DNA of 63,563 nucleotides, the filler included, from Octopus bimaculoides (Eukaryota), in NCBI RefSeq assembly GCF_001194135.2. It is 7 parts of 7 records of this genome, joined end to end, with 100 filler letters (N's around TTAATTAATTAA, not from the genome) between each part and the next. Parts side by side here need not be neighbours in the genome. Positions count along the whole stretch, not along the records: positions 20,488 to 48,526 come from NC_068985.1; positions 48,627 to 53,153 come from NC_068989.1; 5 more parts are not named here. One strand, written 5' to 3'. Both the position numbers and the translations under genes were made by a program. Position 1 is the first letter of the stretch. Every line of letters starts with the position of its first letter. Positions 35,246 through 49,196 of the stretch are shown in pieces. Below the pieces are notes generated by a model. That model had not been told where the DNA came from, did no database searches, and worked only from the letters and a program-made list of their open reading frames with translations.

Positions 35246-36093
35246 ATGTATATACGCATACACATTTGTAATATTTCACGTTTAGGTGAAATTCCCTAGG
35301 TAACATATGGACTATTTTTTGTTGTGAGTTTACTTATGTGTGTGTATGTGTGTGAGTGTAAATAAAACCTCCTGTCACTTTTGTATGTACACACAATTAC
35401 TTTTAGTCACATTTCCTCTTAGATTTGTAGAGGTAATGGTGAGATGTAAAGTAAATGGCTTTGTATCCACACGACAGTGGATGAGGAAAACAAAAGAAAT
35501 GATGAGTCAATGCATCGTGGGGGACTCTGTGACAAAAGTGTATGCATACAAACACACACACACATACATGAACACTCTTGTCTGTGTACATTTATGTGTG
35601 TGTGTATGTGTGTGCACGCGCACACTTTTAGGTGTTGTTTGTCTCGAAGTGCAAAAGTGAAGGGTGACTAGTTGAAGATAGAATGCCAGAAAGTAGAGTT
35701 CTGAAGACAGGTTAGCTGTAGAGGTCAGAAAATCAGAAAAGGTTTATATTTTTTGTTTAGTCCATATAGTTCTGTTGGAATATTAGAGATTATATAATCT
35801 TTGGTTTATTTAACTCAAATTTAGACATTTCATGCAGTTATACTTTAAAACACATACATGTGCATACGATTGTTGGTTGAACCAAGAAATATTTGCGAAC
35901 TTCTGAACAAAGATGAAGCCTTTTGCAATGTTACTGAATTTCACCGATCAGTAGAATTGAAATGCCAAATTCTAGGTCTGACATGACTAAAGGTGGTGCT
36001 CCAGCATGGCTGCAGTCAAATGACTGAAACAAATAAAAGAATATCTTATATAATTATATATATATATATATACACATATCTTATACATATGTA

Positions 36094-36127
<34 letters not shown>

Positions 36128-39009
36128 CATATCTTTTATGCAAGAATGTGGTTGACAGTGACTTCGGTGTCTTGGCCAGCTAAGCCATCAATGGGTTTAG
36201 ATGGTTGAAATTTCAAAGTCACTGTTAACAATATTCTTGTATAAGAATAATAAATTTGTACTCTACAAAAGTAACTGAACATAGAAAAAAAACATTNNNN
36301 NNNNNNNNNNNNNNNNNNNNNNNNNNNNNNNNNNNNNNNNNNNNNNNNNNNNNNNNNNNNNNNNNNNNNNNNNNNNNNNNNNNATATATATATTAACGGA
36401 GTGATGTAAGAAAGTTTTTTCAGCAAATATTTATAGCCTTGCTGTGAAAAATATATTCCGTGTTTCAATCATGTTTTCATGAAACTAGAAAAAAGGATCA
36501 ACCTGACTGGTTTTAGTGTTTTTATTATCGCTTCATCAGAGATTAATTGTAGCTTATTGCTATTTTCAGTATAAACTATATCAAAATAGAACTAAATGGG
36601 TCTGTGCTAGTTTTATAACAGTGCAATCGTTGATGTATATTAATTAATTAATAAGAGCACTACATGGCATTAGAATAGATTATACAATTTTGTGTGATGT
36701 AGTACTTTTCTCTTTTAAAAGCAAATACCTTGAGAAAAGCATTGTTTACTATGCTGCTACCTCTGTGACCAACACAGCAGCAAAGTACACAAGCCTAATG
36801 GAGCTCTACTTTAAAAGTTACTTGCATCGCTATGGCACCTTTTCCACAACTTTCAAAGAGAGCACCAGTATCTTGTGGGCAGTGTTAGATAAGACAGTCG
36901 TATAAGAATGATCAAAATATTGCAATCTCTGTTTTGCAGAAAAACACCACCCTACCTTGATCTGTAAATAAAACGAATGCACTAATTTTGATTTGTTGAC
37001 ATGTGCCCAAATTTTTCCTTGGGAATTTGAATAAGGATTCACTGATGCATGACACTGCTTAGTCATTCCATTCCATTCCATTCCTATCCTTTCCAACTCA
37101 CTGACTTGGTTGACTGAAAGGCTGATTAAACAAAACCAGTGGTCTGGGTATGTAATCCTTGTTTCTCTCACATAAATCAAGCACAAACACACACACAAAG
37201 TATATATATACATGTTGTCACTGCCACATACGTAATCAAGTCTTTTTTCTCTGATACAATGCCATTTTTAAGGAGAAAGGGAATAATCGAGTTAGTTGTG
37301 TTATTGATTTCTGAACAGTGTAGACGGCCACAAATTTGAGGTGAAAGCACAGTGTCTAAGATCAACTGCAGTTACTGACTAATAGTTATTTTATCGACCC
37401 CTAAAAGGATGAAAGGTAAAGCTGACATCAGCAGGAATTGAATGTAAAGAAATCTATTACAAGCTCTTATTTTATTGATCACCAAAGTAAAGCAAGTCAA
37501 CTTGATATAGAGCAGAATTTGAACTCAAAATCATAGACCCCGCTGAATCAGTAATCGCTTGCAGTAGTTAAGTGAATGAAGAAGTCTCCACATGAGTGCA
37601 AGAAATAGCAGTCAAGTTTTTCTCATCATGCCATCATGATAAAAAAAAAAAAAACGAGCACAGTGAATAGTATAGGCGCCGGAGTGGCTGTGTGGTAAGT
37701 AGCTTGCTTACCAACCACATGGTTCTGGGTTCAGTCCCACTGCGTGGGACCTTGGGCAAGTGTCTTCTACAATTGCTTCGGGGCCGATCAAAGCCTTGTG
37801 AGTGGATTTGGTAGATGGAAACTGAAAGAGGCCTGTCGTATATATGTGTGTGTGTGTGTGTGTGTTTGTGTGTCTCTGTTTGTCCCCCCCCCCCNNNNNN
37901 NNNNNNNNNNNNNNNNNNNNNNNNNNNNNNNNNNNNNNNNNNNNNNNNNNNNNNNNNNNNNNNNNNNNNNNNNNNNNNNNNNNNNNNNNNNNNNNNNNNN
38001 NNNNNNNNNNNNNNNNNNNNNNNNNNNNNNNNNNNNNNNNNNNNNNNNNNNNNNNNNNNNNNNNNNNNNNNNNGATGCTGGTGTATTTACGGCCCCGTAA
38101 CTTAGCGGTTCGGCAAAAAGAGACCGATAGAATAAGTACTAGGCTGACAAAGAATAAGTCCTGGGGTCGATTTGCTCGACTCAAAGGCGGTGCCACAGCA
38201 TGGCCGCAGTCAAATGACTGAAACAAGTAAAGGAGTAAAAGAGTAAGAGTATTGTCTTGCATAGATTATTTTAAAATGTCATGGTCCTGGTTGGAGGGCT
38301 TTTGATGAGGTTGCTTTAAGGAAATGAACCTGGGGCTAAACAGCAGCAGCAGTAGTAGTGTTTTGTGTGTATGTGTGTTCCCATACTTCTGATGCTTATC
38401 ATACATTTACAGATTATTAAGGATTCTTTAAGCTACTCCTCTGGATTACAAAAACTTATGTTCTTTGAATGGGTGTGGCAGCTGTTTTTTCGAGTGAATA
38501 CAGAGAAATTTAAGCAACGTTATGCAATGAGGCTTGTCCAAAAATACTATCTTTTAGCCCCATCTCTTTCTCAGTTTCATTTTTTTTTCTTGCTCATATA
38601 TACCTTTATCTGTGTGTGTGTGTTTGTGTGTATATGTGTGTAAATATATGTGTGTGTGTGTGTGTTTGTGTGTATATGTGTGTAAGTATATGTGTGTGTG
38701 TGTAAATATATAGATGTCTGTGTGTGTGTGTGTGTAAATATATAGATGTCTGTGTGTGTGTATATATATATATATATGTCCATTCTTTAGTTTTAGTATT
38801 AGATCTCACAAATTTCAGAAATGTCAGTACTTTTATCTTCAAGCAGTACTTTAAATTCAGTCGAAAAATATAATACATGAGTATAAAATACACTCTTATA
38901 ACGCACNNNNNNNNNNNNNNNNNNNNNNNNNNNNNNNNNNNNNNNNNNNNNNNNNNNNNNNNNNNNNNNNNNNNNNNNNNNNNNNNNNNNNNNNNNNNNN
39001 NNNNNNGCA

Positions 39010-39460
39010 TGATTTGAACTCTGTGCAATTGGAGTGTTGGAACAGCTCTTGAGTATAGAATCCAGTACTTTAGATTCTCCTATAATATAATCTATAGAGG
39101 TTTGAGTTTGATAATAAGCTTCTTTCTGTGTTAGTATTTAGATAAAATAGAGAAGACAAGACTGTTCCTATCTGGTGCGGTTGTTAGTTGTCACCTGGAG
39201 AAATAATTTTCTCCCATCTGGTAGAGTAGTTTACTGTGGTCTGACGGGGATAAATAGATTTACCATCATCTGGTGAAGCAGTTTATTGTCCTCTTGTGAA
39301 TCCAGTGAAATAGTATGAATAGTTGTTAATTAATGGAAAATAGTTTAATGACTTCTGGTAGAATAGATTATCAGCATCTGCTGAAGTATCTTTACTGACT
39401 ATAACATTGGGATAATTTAATCCCATATATGTTAAAGTGATAATTGAAGATGATGTCATA
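39010..39460 (-). mobile_element. Possible highly decayed LINE apurinic-endonuclease region
   Basis: The minus strand yields SIYPRQ (IYRPP-like) and EKIISPGDN (IIxGDFN-like), broken by stops. Confidence 0.3.
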
Positions 39461-39473
39461 GTCACACGTGCAT

Positions 39474-39519
<46 letters not shown>

Positions 39520-40075
39520 TATACACAAAGAAACATGTACACTCATAAGTTTTCATATTAATATACAATGATAATAACGCAGTGATAAAAAAAAAATAAA
39601 GAGGGGTACCTTAAGAAAGAATTTCTGAACATATAATAATTAAAGCTATCTAACATTGTCATATGGAGGCTGAATTCTTCATTGCCACCAGTGCCATAAT
39701 TGTCAAGATCACTACATCTCTTTGCAGTGAGTAGATGACTGGCAGCCATAATGTTGATAGTGGTGAATATTTTGTGGTCGAGAAGCTGTTGTTGTTATTG
39801 TAGCTAAATACTTCCCAACTACAATAGCCCCAGTGATTTGTCTCCTACTGCGACTTTGGTTATGCTACAGTAAGCCTCCTGTCTCCCGTCACTCTAAATA
39901 CACCATTATTGTTGCCGCCACTGCTATCATTGTCGTCACCATCTCTTTTCACTTTTTACCTGCTTGCTTTATTTATTCCTTCATAATATTACTACACATT
40001 TAATGTGACCCCCCCCCCCACTGTAAAAGTTTGAGAATTTCATGAATGTTTTTACATTAATAGATGATGATGATG

Positions 40076-40123
<48 letters not shown>

Positions 40124-42172
40124 CATAATGGATTATTTATTAAGAGAAGCATAATGTAAGTAATTCATGAACGAATCAAAAGGACTTTTGTTATTATTTT
40201 AGGGTGGTATTTAGATACTTCCCAACAATAACCCCGCTGTCATTAGTCCTCGTACAGATGAATAATTTCCTTTGAGGAAACACTGGACCAATTTAGTAAG
40301 GGCTTGGGTGGGGGGTGGGGGTGATATGAGGTTGTAATCAATAGAATTGAAACCAATATCCCACTGATATTTATTTTATTACCTCATTCCCTGGAGAGAT
40401 GAAAGTTAATGCACAGTCTCCTCCTCAGTAGGAACAGTTGTTACCTCAGCTTTATGTTAATGCTGTGGTCTCAAGGTGAGACACTTATTGGTATTTACTG
40501 TTATCTATCTACCAGTAGTGCTGTACTAATACTTCCATTAGTTCTTCTCTGCACGGAAAATATTTATGTAGACGATAAATGAATCTGTGTGCCAAGGGTG
40601 GCAGATTATTTGATTATCTTTATAACTGCCCCCCTCCCCCCAGTTTCTTACTTGTTCTAACTTTGCTGATGGACTGCAAATGTTTAAGGACAACTGCATT
40701 CGTTTGAGTTTAGATACAATGTGAAAGACAGATCTGGCGTAACAAGGGTACATCATTGATGAGGTTGAAAATAGTGGTGAAAGGTTTCTAACAAAGTAAC
40801 TGATTAATTGAGCCAATGAATAATCAAACAATTTGATTGGTTTATTGATTAGTTAATTACTTGACTAACTAATAATAATAATCAAAGAAGTGAAATAGAA
40901 CCAGTGCATGTATTTTTATTGGCAAAATGACCCTTCCATGAGTCAGCAGTATTTATATCCCAGTCCGAATATTCTACCTGCTTCATGCTGAAGCTAGCCA
41001 AATCCAGCCTCTCACACTTACCCTACAATGTTTATCTAAACAAAAACAATCATATCCCCAAGATCTCAAAGCTACAAAATAATACGTGATTAATTTTTTT
41101 TTAATACAAATAAATAAACATCATATTTGACAGTAATCTGAATACTAAAGGGTTAAAGTTTATAGAATTACAGGGTTAACAATACCTTCTTGCATAGTAC
41201 CCATCCCAAAGTTTTTTGTTCAAATCAGCCAGATCTGGCTTCCTACACCTACCCTACAATGTCATTCTAAAAATATGCAACCACATCACCAAAATTTCAA
41301 AGCTATGAGATAATGCATGATTAATTCAAAACAATGTAAATAAATAAGCACAACACTTGACAGAGTAATCTGAATGCTAAAGTGTTAAACCAGTAAACAT
41401 TCACACTGACATGACTGCTGAAATACACATACACAAATACACACACATACATACATATGTGCACACACATTCAACAGTCGTCTGCACACTCTCTACCAAA
41501 TTTCATTGACAAAGTTAACCGGCGCCTATAGGTAGAAGTTACTTGCCTTAATTGCTCTAAGTACTGTGCAATGTAATTGAACCTAGGACTACATGGGCTG
41601 CCAAATGAACTCCTTAATCATATGGTTATGATTCTCTGAAAAATGTTCAGTTTTCTTATTAGTTCATTATGTTCTCTATCATCCTCTCTGTCTGTCTGTC
41701 TGTCTGCTATTCATGAGGTAAAAACTGCTTGATACGTAGTACTTCTAGCTCTTCAGCTGGGAGGCTAACATCTTATCAATATAATTATGTCTGTTGATAT
41801 ACTTATATGCAGAGGTGAAATAACTGTGTATGAATAAGATATTGGATTATCAGCTCATATAACATTTTACTATGTTTGAGACAACATTGTTTAAATCTGC
41901 ATGATTTAAATAGCATAACAGTCAGTAAGAGGTACAGTTTTGTTCCAGAAATGTTTCTTATTAACTATCTGGCAGTAGAATCATATTTCGTCTCAACACA
42001 CCTCAATCCAGAACTAAGCCAGCATTGTCTTTGAAACCTTGTGGCATCTATTTAATCATTTTTTACCCCACCCCTCTCTGCATGTGTGTGTTAACATTTA
42101 TTCTTACTTCCAGTTTTCTCATGCTAGCTAGCACGGTTTAGATGACTGTCTGTATTGAGGCATTGTTTTAGA

Positions 42173-42523
42173 GCTGTGTTTCTCCACTGGGGTCCATATG
42201 GCCCCTGAGGGGACCATATAAGATTGTTGGGGTCCTCACAGCAAAATAGTAAATTGGGTATCCATAATAGTATTTTAAGGGCACCTAAAAATATTTTGCT
42301 TTAGATGTATGTATTGGTATGTATTGGAAGAAATAGCCAGGTTTTTTTTCTCTAATATTTTACATAGTTCAACCTACACAAGTTGATGTGAGAAAAACAA
42401 AATAGAAATTTTGAAAGAAGAGTCTATAAAACTAGTTTTTAAACATTGAATGGCTATCGGGGTCCACCAGAATAAAATAGAAATCAAAGGGGTTGATAGA
42501 TGAAAAATGATTGAGAATCTCTG
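42173..42523. mobile_element. hAT-type MITE (degenerate cagtggttctcaac-like TIRs); truncated head also at 11507-11530
   Basis: Left end ctgtgtttctccactggggtccatat; right end gattgagaatctctg. Confidence 0.5.
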
Positions 42524-42629
42524 TTTTAGTGCTAGATGTTCTTCCTGTTGTTAATCCCCCACCTGTTTTTCAAATTATGGGTCTCTTATTCCATGTCCTC
42601 ATGATTAGAACACTTTTCGCCCTAGGTCT

Positions 42630-42760
42630 GCTGGATCAGGGCTGAGCTTAACAAAAATATTGATTAATTAACATAAAAACTAAGGTAGCCATCATCAGAA
42701 AATTGCTGTTTACAAACGATACCGAAGTTGTTGACATGGAAAGAAGCAGGAGGAAAATGA
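42630..42760 (+). mobile_element. RTE reverse transcriptase fragment
   Basis: KTKVAIIRKLLFTNDTEVV resembles KTKV..IRELLFADDxALV. Confidence 0.5.
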
Positions 42761-43116
42761 GGTTTGATATTCATATCTTTGTAAATGTCATCAGCTATGT
42801 TTAAGTGAAATAGTTCCACTGAGATTTGAAATTAGATTGTGGACATAGTTCTCTCAGAAAACTTTCTTCATGTTTGTGTTTTGTACTAACTAATACATGA
42901 ATATATATGAATGAATACAAAGCAAATCTTTAGTAAGGTTACATGCATACTTAGATGTGTTCACACGCATACATGTATATATACTCAAACAATAACACAT
43001 AACTACATATTAACATGCATACATACAGGTGCTGTTGTCAGAGAATATATAAATGATTCACTTACATATTTGTAAACTAAAAGAATGAAATGTATAAAAA
43101 TATATCTATTTATCAT

Positions 43117-43151
<35 letters not shown>

Positions 43152-43231
43152 TTGAGCTCCAAATACAAGCACTGAACTTACAGCTTACGCTATATGCATT
43201 GCATTGATGTATGTTTGTAATGTTCTTAAAT

Positions 43232-43287
<56 letters not shown>

Positions 43288-43766
43288 TTGTGTGTGCTTA
43301 TAATTTGATGAATTTGTCATAGTGTAGGTAGTCTAACTGATTTTGTGGTGTGTGTATATGCATAAAATATTAATATGAATGGTGTCATCAACATCACTAT
43401 CGTCCCCACTATCATAATAGTAATGAAGAAATCAATTGAGCGAACTCTCTAGAAACAATTCCTGCCTACCCCCCCCCCCTCTTTCTGTNNNNNNNNNNNN
43501 NNNNNNNNNNNNNNNNNNNNNNNNNNNNNNNNNNNNNNNNNNNNNNNNNNNNNNNNNNNNNNNNNNNNNNNNNNNNNNNNNNNNNNNNNNNNNNNNNNNN
43601 NNNNNNNNNNNNNNNNNNNNNNNNNNNNNNNNNNNNNNNNNNNNNNNNNNNNNNNNNNNNNNNNNNNNNNNNNNNNNNNNNNNNNNNNNNNNNNNNNNNN
43701 NNNNNNNNNNNNNNNNNNNNNNNNNNNNNNNNNNNNNNNNNNNNNNNNNNNNNNNNNNNNNNNNNN

Positions 43767-43811
<45 letters not shown>

Positions 43812-44429
43812 CTCTCCTCTCTCTCAATTTCCTTGCTTCTCTTTCTCACTCTAAATTCTCATCTCTTTTCTTGATCCCTCATCGCACACTCTCTCTCTCC
43901 CCCCTCTCTCTCCCTCTCCCTCTCTCTCCTCCTCTGCCTCACCTCAATACCTTGTAAGAAAGAGTTAAGGATTAACAAAGTGATCAGCCATTAAACATGT
44001 TTCCATCAATAATCCATCCTGGTTACCAACTTTCAGTGTTTTTACCTTATGTATGATGAATAATTCCTTTTTCTATCATTGCTTCCTTCTTTTTCTTTTT
44101 TTTTTTTTTCATCTATATGGGCGTGGATGCATATTCTTAGATCAATACAGTCATCAATCTGATTGGTTGATTGATTTCATCATTTGCTTAATTTAACATG
44201 AACTTTGTTGTTGTTGTTGATGCTGTTTTTATTGTTAGTTTTTGCTGTTGTTTTCAGTAGTTGTTATTGCTGTTGGCTTATATTCCAGTGACGAAACATC
44301 TATGAATGAGTTAAACCGAGAAACTACTGGCTTATTTATTAGTAGGAGGTATGTGATGTGTAGAGGTCTGCTTTCAAACGTTACGTTTCTCATGCCCTCT
44401 TTCTTAGAGTGCGTTTTTAACACACGTGT

Positions 44430-44658
44430 CTAACCCTTTCGTTACTGTATTTCTGTTGAGATGCTCTGTGTTTCTTTCAATTACTTTAAATATAACAAAG
44501 AATTTAGTAAAATGACTTAGTTATCATTCAGCTAGTGTTAGGAACATAAATTGTGACTAAGGTTTGGTGGAAGATTTTCATTCAAAACTTATGAAAGCAA
44601 GACATTTGTACTACAGAACCAGAGCCGGTTTCAGCTGGGTTGGTAATGAAAGGGTTAA
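44430..44658. mobile_element. piggyBac-like MITE
   Basis: TIRs (c)taaccctttcgttac / gtaatgaaagggttaa. Confidence 0.75.
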
Positions 44659-45947
44659 ATGTGTTGTGTGTCAATGCAGACATACATTTAAAATGACAAA
44701 TGCAATTCTTAATACTGATGGATATCACTGATATAGATATGAGTAATAAATTTTCAGAGTGTGAGATCTTAAGTAAAAAAAAAAAAATAAAATAAAAAAA
44801 AAAAGTAAAAAAGAAGAGACAAATTTTTAAAAAAGATTTTAGCTATCTCATCACAAAGCATAAAAGTCTTGAATTAATTTAGAAACAGCTTCTTTAAGAA
44901 CAAAAAAAGTTTCAAGAGATACAAAAGATATGTTACTTTTATCTTTGTCAGAGGTGCTAAATTTGTAGGTTGTTTCCATTTAAGAAATTTTCATCCTACT
45001 TAATGAAATGTTCAGATTCTTCTGTTGCACATTTGTGCATTTTACCAACATTATTCTGTAACAGTTGAGCTTAAAACGAGAAATTAGATTATGCAGAGAT
45101 GTTTTTTTTTTTTGTTTTTTGTTTTCTAAAAGCTGTAATGTAATTATTAAGCTAAGTATTCAGTGACATTGGAAGCTCGGTGTTTATAATATTTATTTGA
45201 GTCTCTCTAGTTCAATGCACCTGTTTATTCATCACATATTCTATCATTTTGTAAACTATAATTTTATAGTAGAAGGTTTCTTCCAAATTTTCCTATATCT
45301 ATAACTAGAGAATTTTAAAAAAACTTTCTCTCTTATATACATAATTATTCAACTTTTCAAATATGCACCTGTTTCTAAATATTTTCAAAGAATTATGTAA
45401 ATCTGTATAGTATTATTTTATTGCAAAACTATTAAACACACACACACACACACAAACACATAGGAAACTTGTTTACAAGTTTCCTACTTATTTAATAGAT
45501 GTGTGTGTGTGTGTTTACAAGAGTTTCTTTAAATGGTTAAATGTTCAGTTGATTTATTAAACTGTAATACATTATTGGTATTTTATCTTTTTTCTGTTCC
45601 TGAGATAGAGAGAGAAATATGAAAAATGATGTTGATCTTAGCATGATTGCCATCTTGAAAACAAAAACAGATGATGCAAAATTTAGATACTGTTAAAGAT
45701 TCTGTCTGGTTCCCTACTAATTTGTAGCACCTTATTAGACTAAATATGTAGACATCATTAAAATTTTGTACAGATTTCTAGTGTAGATATAAAGCTTCAT
45801 ATCTTTGGGCGTAAGGAAGAATTGAGTAAATCAATTCTATTATTCAGCTGGTAATTTATTATATTAACCCTGGAAAGATGGAAGGCAAAGTTAGATAAAC
45901 TTTGGTGAGATTTGTGCTCAGAACATATTGACTTAAAAAATACTTTA

Positions 45948-46333
45948 TTGTTGTTGTTGTTGGCACTCCGTCGCTTACAACGTCGAGGGTTCCAGTTGAT
46001 CCGATCAACGGAACAGCCTGCTTGTGAAATTAACGTGCAAGTGGCTGAGCACTCCACAGACATGTGTACTCTTAATGTAGTTCTCAGGGATATTCAGTGT
46101 GACACAGTGTGACAAGGCTGACCCTTTGAATTACATGCACAACATAAACAGGAAGTAAGAGAAAGTTGTGGTGAAAGAGTACAGCTGGGTTTGCCACCAT
46201 CCCCTGCTGGAGCCTCGTCGAGCTTTAGGTGTTTTCGCTCAATAAACACTCACACCGCCCGGTCTGGGAATCGAAACTGTGATCCTACGACCGCGAGTCC
46301 GCTGCCCTAACCACTGGGCCATTGCGCCTCCAC
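45948..46333 (-). mobile_element. Third tRNA-headed SINE family with (CAA)n tail; truncated head also at about 55523-55560 (+)
   Basis: Minus-strand head gtggaggcgcaatggcccagtggttagggcagcggactcgcggtcgtaggatcacagtttcgattcccagaccg. Confidence 0.8.
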
Positions 46334-47062
46334 AAAAAATACTTTATAGATATTGCTTAAATAGAATTGGTAAGTTAGTGGGTAAAAATAAAAAATATTG
46401 GTTTCAAATTTTGGCACAAGTTCACCAATTTCAGGGGAGGGGTTAAGTTGATTACATTGACTCCAGTGTTCAACTGGTACTTATTTTATTGACCCCGTAG
46501 AGATGAAAGGCAAAGTCAACCTTGGTGGAATTTGAGCTCAGAGAAGACAACCTTATTTAATTGGAAATAAGTGTTTCTCTCTCTTCATATTTGAATTATT
46601 GCTGTTTAGCTCCAGGTCAACTGCTTGAGTAGGCATGCGGTCAATTACAATCCAGTCTTGACCATCTCATTTGAAGAGTGTCTTTAATGCTTCATTTATT
46701 TTTTTATAATTGTAAGGTGTGCTTTGAAGGAATTAAGCTACCATTTTTTTTGCAGTTCAAGTAACCCTGTGGAGGCGCCCTCATTAGCAATAGCAAATCT
46801 CTTGAATAAATAAGCATGGTTTTAAGTTTACAAATATCATTTCTCAAATTAAGTAAGATGAAATCCTACAGATATTAATTGTGGTTATGGTTTCTTGGAA
46901 GTTGGAAGTGTGAGTGACATAACAGCAATATTAAAAGACGTTGGAAGAAAGAAAAGAAAAATTTCTTCTGAATGCACTGGTAGTAAGTTAAGAGAGAAAG
47001 CATTGGTTAATATAGTATTTGCAACCAACAATTTGTAAAGTAAGAAAATGACTCAAGCGCGC

Positions 47063-47108
<46 letters not shown>

Positions 47109-47756
47109 ATGTATGTATGTATGTACATATACACACATTTAAGCAGATAGGTTGATAAAGTTAGAAAGAAAGGTGGGTGTTATATTATGCTACCTTTTAT
47201 ATTATTTTTCTTTCTCAGTTCATTAAAATTTTTTATTTATCTTTCCCTGAGATCAAAATTCTGTGACACAATTACCTTATTACTGCAAGTCNNNNNNNNN
47301 NNNNNNNNNATATATATATATATATATATATATATAATACCTTTCTTTTTTTATTTGTTTCAGTCATTTGACTGCAGCCATACTGGAGCACCACCTTTAA
47401 TTGAACAAATCGACCTCAGGACTTACTCTTTGTAAGCCTAGTACTTATCCTATCGGGCTCTTTTGCTGAAATACTAAGTTACGGGGATGTAAATACACCA
47501 ACTTTGGTTGTCAAGTGATGGTGGGGTGGGGACAAACACAGACACGCAAACATACACACATACACAAATATACGATGGGCTTCTTTCAGTTTCCGTCTAC
47601 CAAATCCACTCACAATGCTCTGGTCGGCCTGCAGTTATAGTAGAAAACACTTGCCCAAGTTGCCATGCAATGGGACTGAACCCGGAACCATATAGCTGGT
47701 AAGCAAACTACTTACCACACAACCACTCCTGCGCCTATATATATATATGTATGTGT

Positions 47757-48101
47757 GTGAAGGCACATAGCTCAGTGGTTTGAGTATCGAGCTTATGATC
47801 GTGAAGTTGTGAGTTCAATTCCCGGACTGGGCTGCATGTTGTGTTCTTGAGCAAGACACTTTATTTCACGTTGCTTTAGTTCACTCAGCTGTAGAAATAA
47901 GTTGCGACATCACTGGTGCCAACCTGTATCGGCTTTTGCCTTTCCCATGGATACCATCGGTGGCAAGGAGAGGTGGGGCTGGTATGTGTGGGCGACTGCT
48001 AGTCTTCCAGTCTTCCATAAACAAACTTGCCCAGACATGTGCCTCAGAGGGTAATTTTGTAGGTGCACTCCCATGCTCATTCATGACTGAAGGAGGTCTC
48101 A
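47757..48101 (+). mobile_element. Fourth tRNA-headed SINE family
   Basis: ggcacatagctcagtggtttgag..gtgagttcaattcccggac head, then cttgagcaagacacttt..cactcagctgt conserved-domain-like sequence. Confidence 0.7.
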
Positions 48102-49196
48102 ACATATATATATACATATATATATATATATATGTATATATATCGAGCGGGATTACTGCCAGAGCACCTGTCTGGCTTCCGAGCCGGTGGCACGTAAAAA
48201 GCACCATTTGAGCGTGATCGTTACCAGCGTCGCCTTACTGGCACTTGTGCCGGTAGCACGTGAACAAAACATTCAAGCGAGGTCGTTGCCAGTGCCACTG
48301 GACTGACTCCTGTGCAGGTGTCACATAAAAAACACCATTTGAGCGTGGCTGTTGCCAGTACCGCCTGACTGGCCTTTGTGCCGGTGGCACGTAAAAGCAC
48401 CCACTACACTCTCGGAGTGGTTGGCATTAGGAAGGGCATCCAGCTGTAGAAACTCTGCCAAATCAGATTGGAGCCTGGTGTAGCCATCTGGTTCGCCAGT
48501 CTTCAATCAAATCATCCAACCCATGGNNNNNNNNNNNNNNNNNNNNNNNNNNNNNNNNNNNNNNNNNNNNTTAATTAATTAANNNNNNNNNNNNNNNNNN
48601 NNNNNNNNNNNNNNNNNNNNNNNNNNATATATAGCGCAGGAGTGGCTTTGTGGCAAGTAGCTTGCTTCCCAACCGCATGGTTCCGGGTTCAGTCCCACTG
48701 TATGGCACCTTGGGCGTGTGTCTTCTACTATAACCTCGGGCCTTGCGAGTGGACTTGGTAGACGGAAATAAAAGAAGCCCGTCATGTATATATATATATG
48801 TGTGTGTGTGTGTGTGCGTATTTGTGCTTGTCCCCCCAATATCGCTTGAGAACCGATGCTGGTGTGTTTACGTCCCCGTCCATTAGCGGTTCAGCAAGAG
48901 AGGCCGATAGAATAAGTACTAGGCTTACAAAGAATAAGCCTTGGGGTCGATTTGCTCGGCTAAAGGCAATGCTCCAGCATGGCTGCAGTAAAATAGCTGA
49001 AACAAATAAAAGAATATGCGCACTGCATGTCAAATTATTAAGCAGCTCTGTTTGAGGTAAATAACATAGTATTTATTCGTTCGAATCGAGATATTTTTTC
49101 ACTGAATGATGGTAACATCTGTCTGCGCAACATAAATTGGATCCGCGCAGATGTAAACAAACGGCGGCCATGTTCGTGAAACAGCAAAAAATTGTA

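Noticed and set aside
38413-38600. ORF segment LQKLMFFEWVWQLFF as a cytochrome b561 first helix
   Set aside because: Lacks the HG heme ligand motif and a good donor. An overlapping frame (TPLDYKNLCSL) looks like a decayed mariner APSDYHLFRSL.
46250-46333. tRNA gene (also other tRNA-like heads at 11571, 47757, 55523)
   Set aside because: The heads continue into SINE bodies repeated in the window, and no complete acceptor stem was evident.
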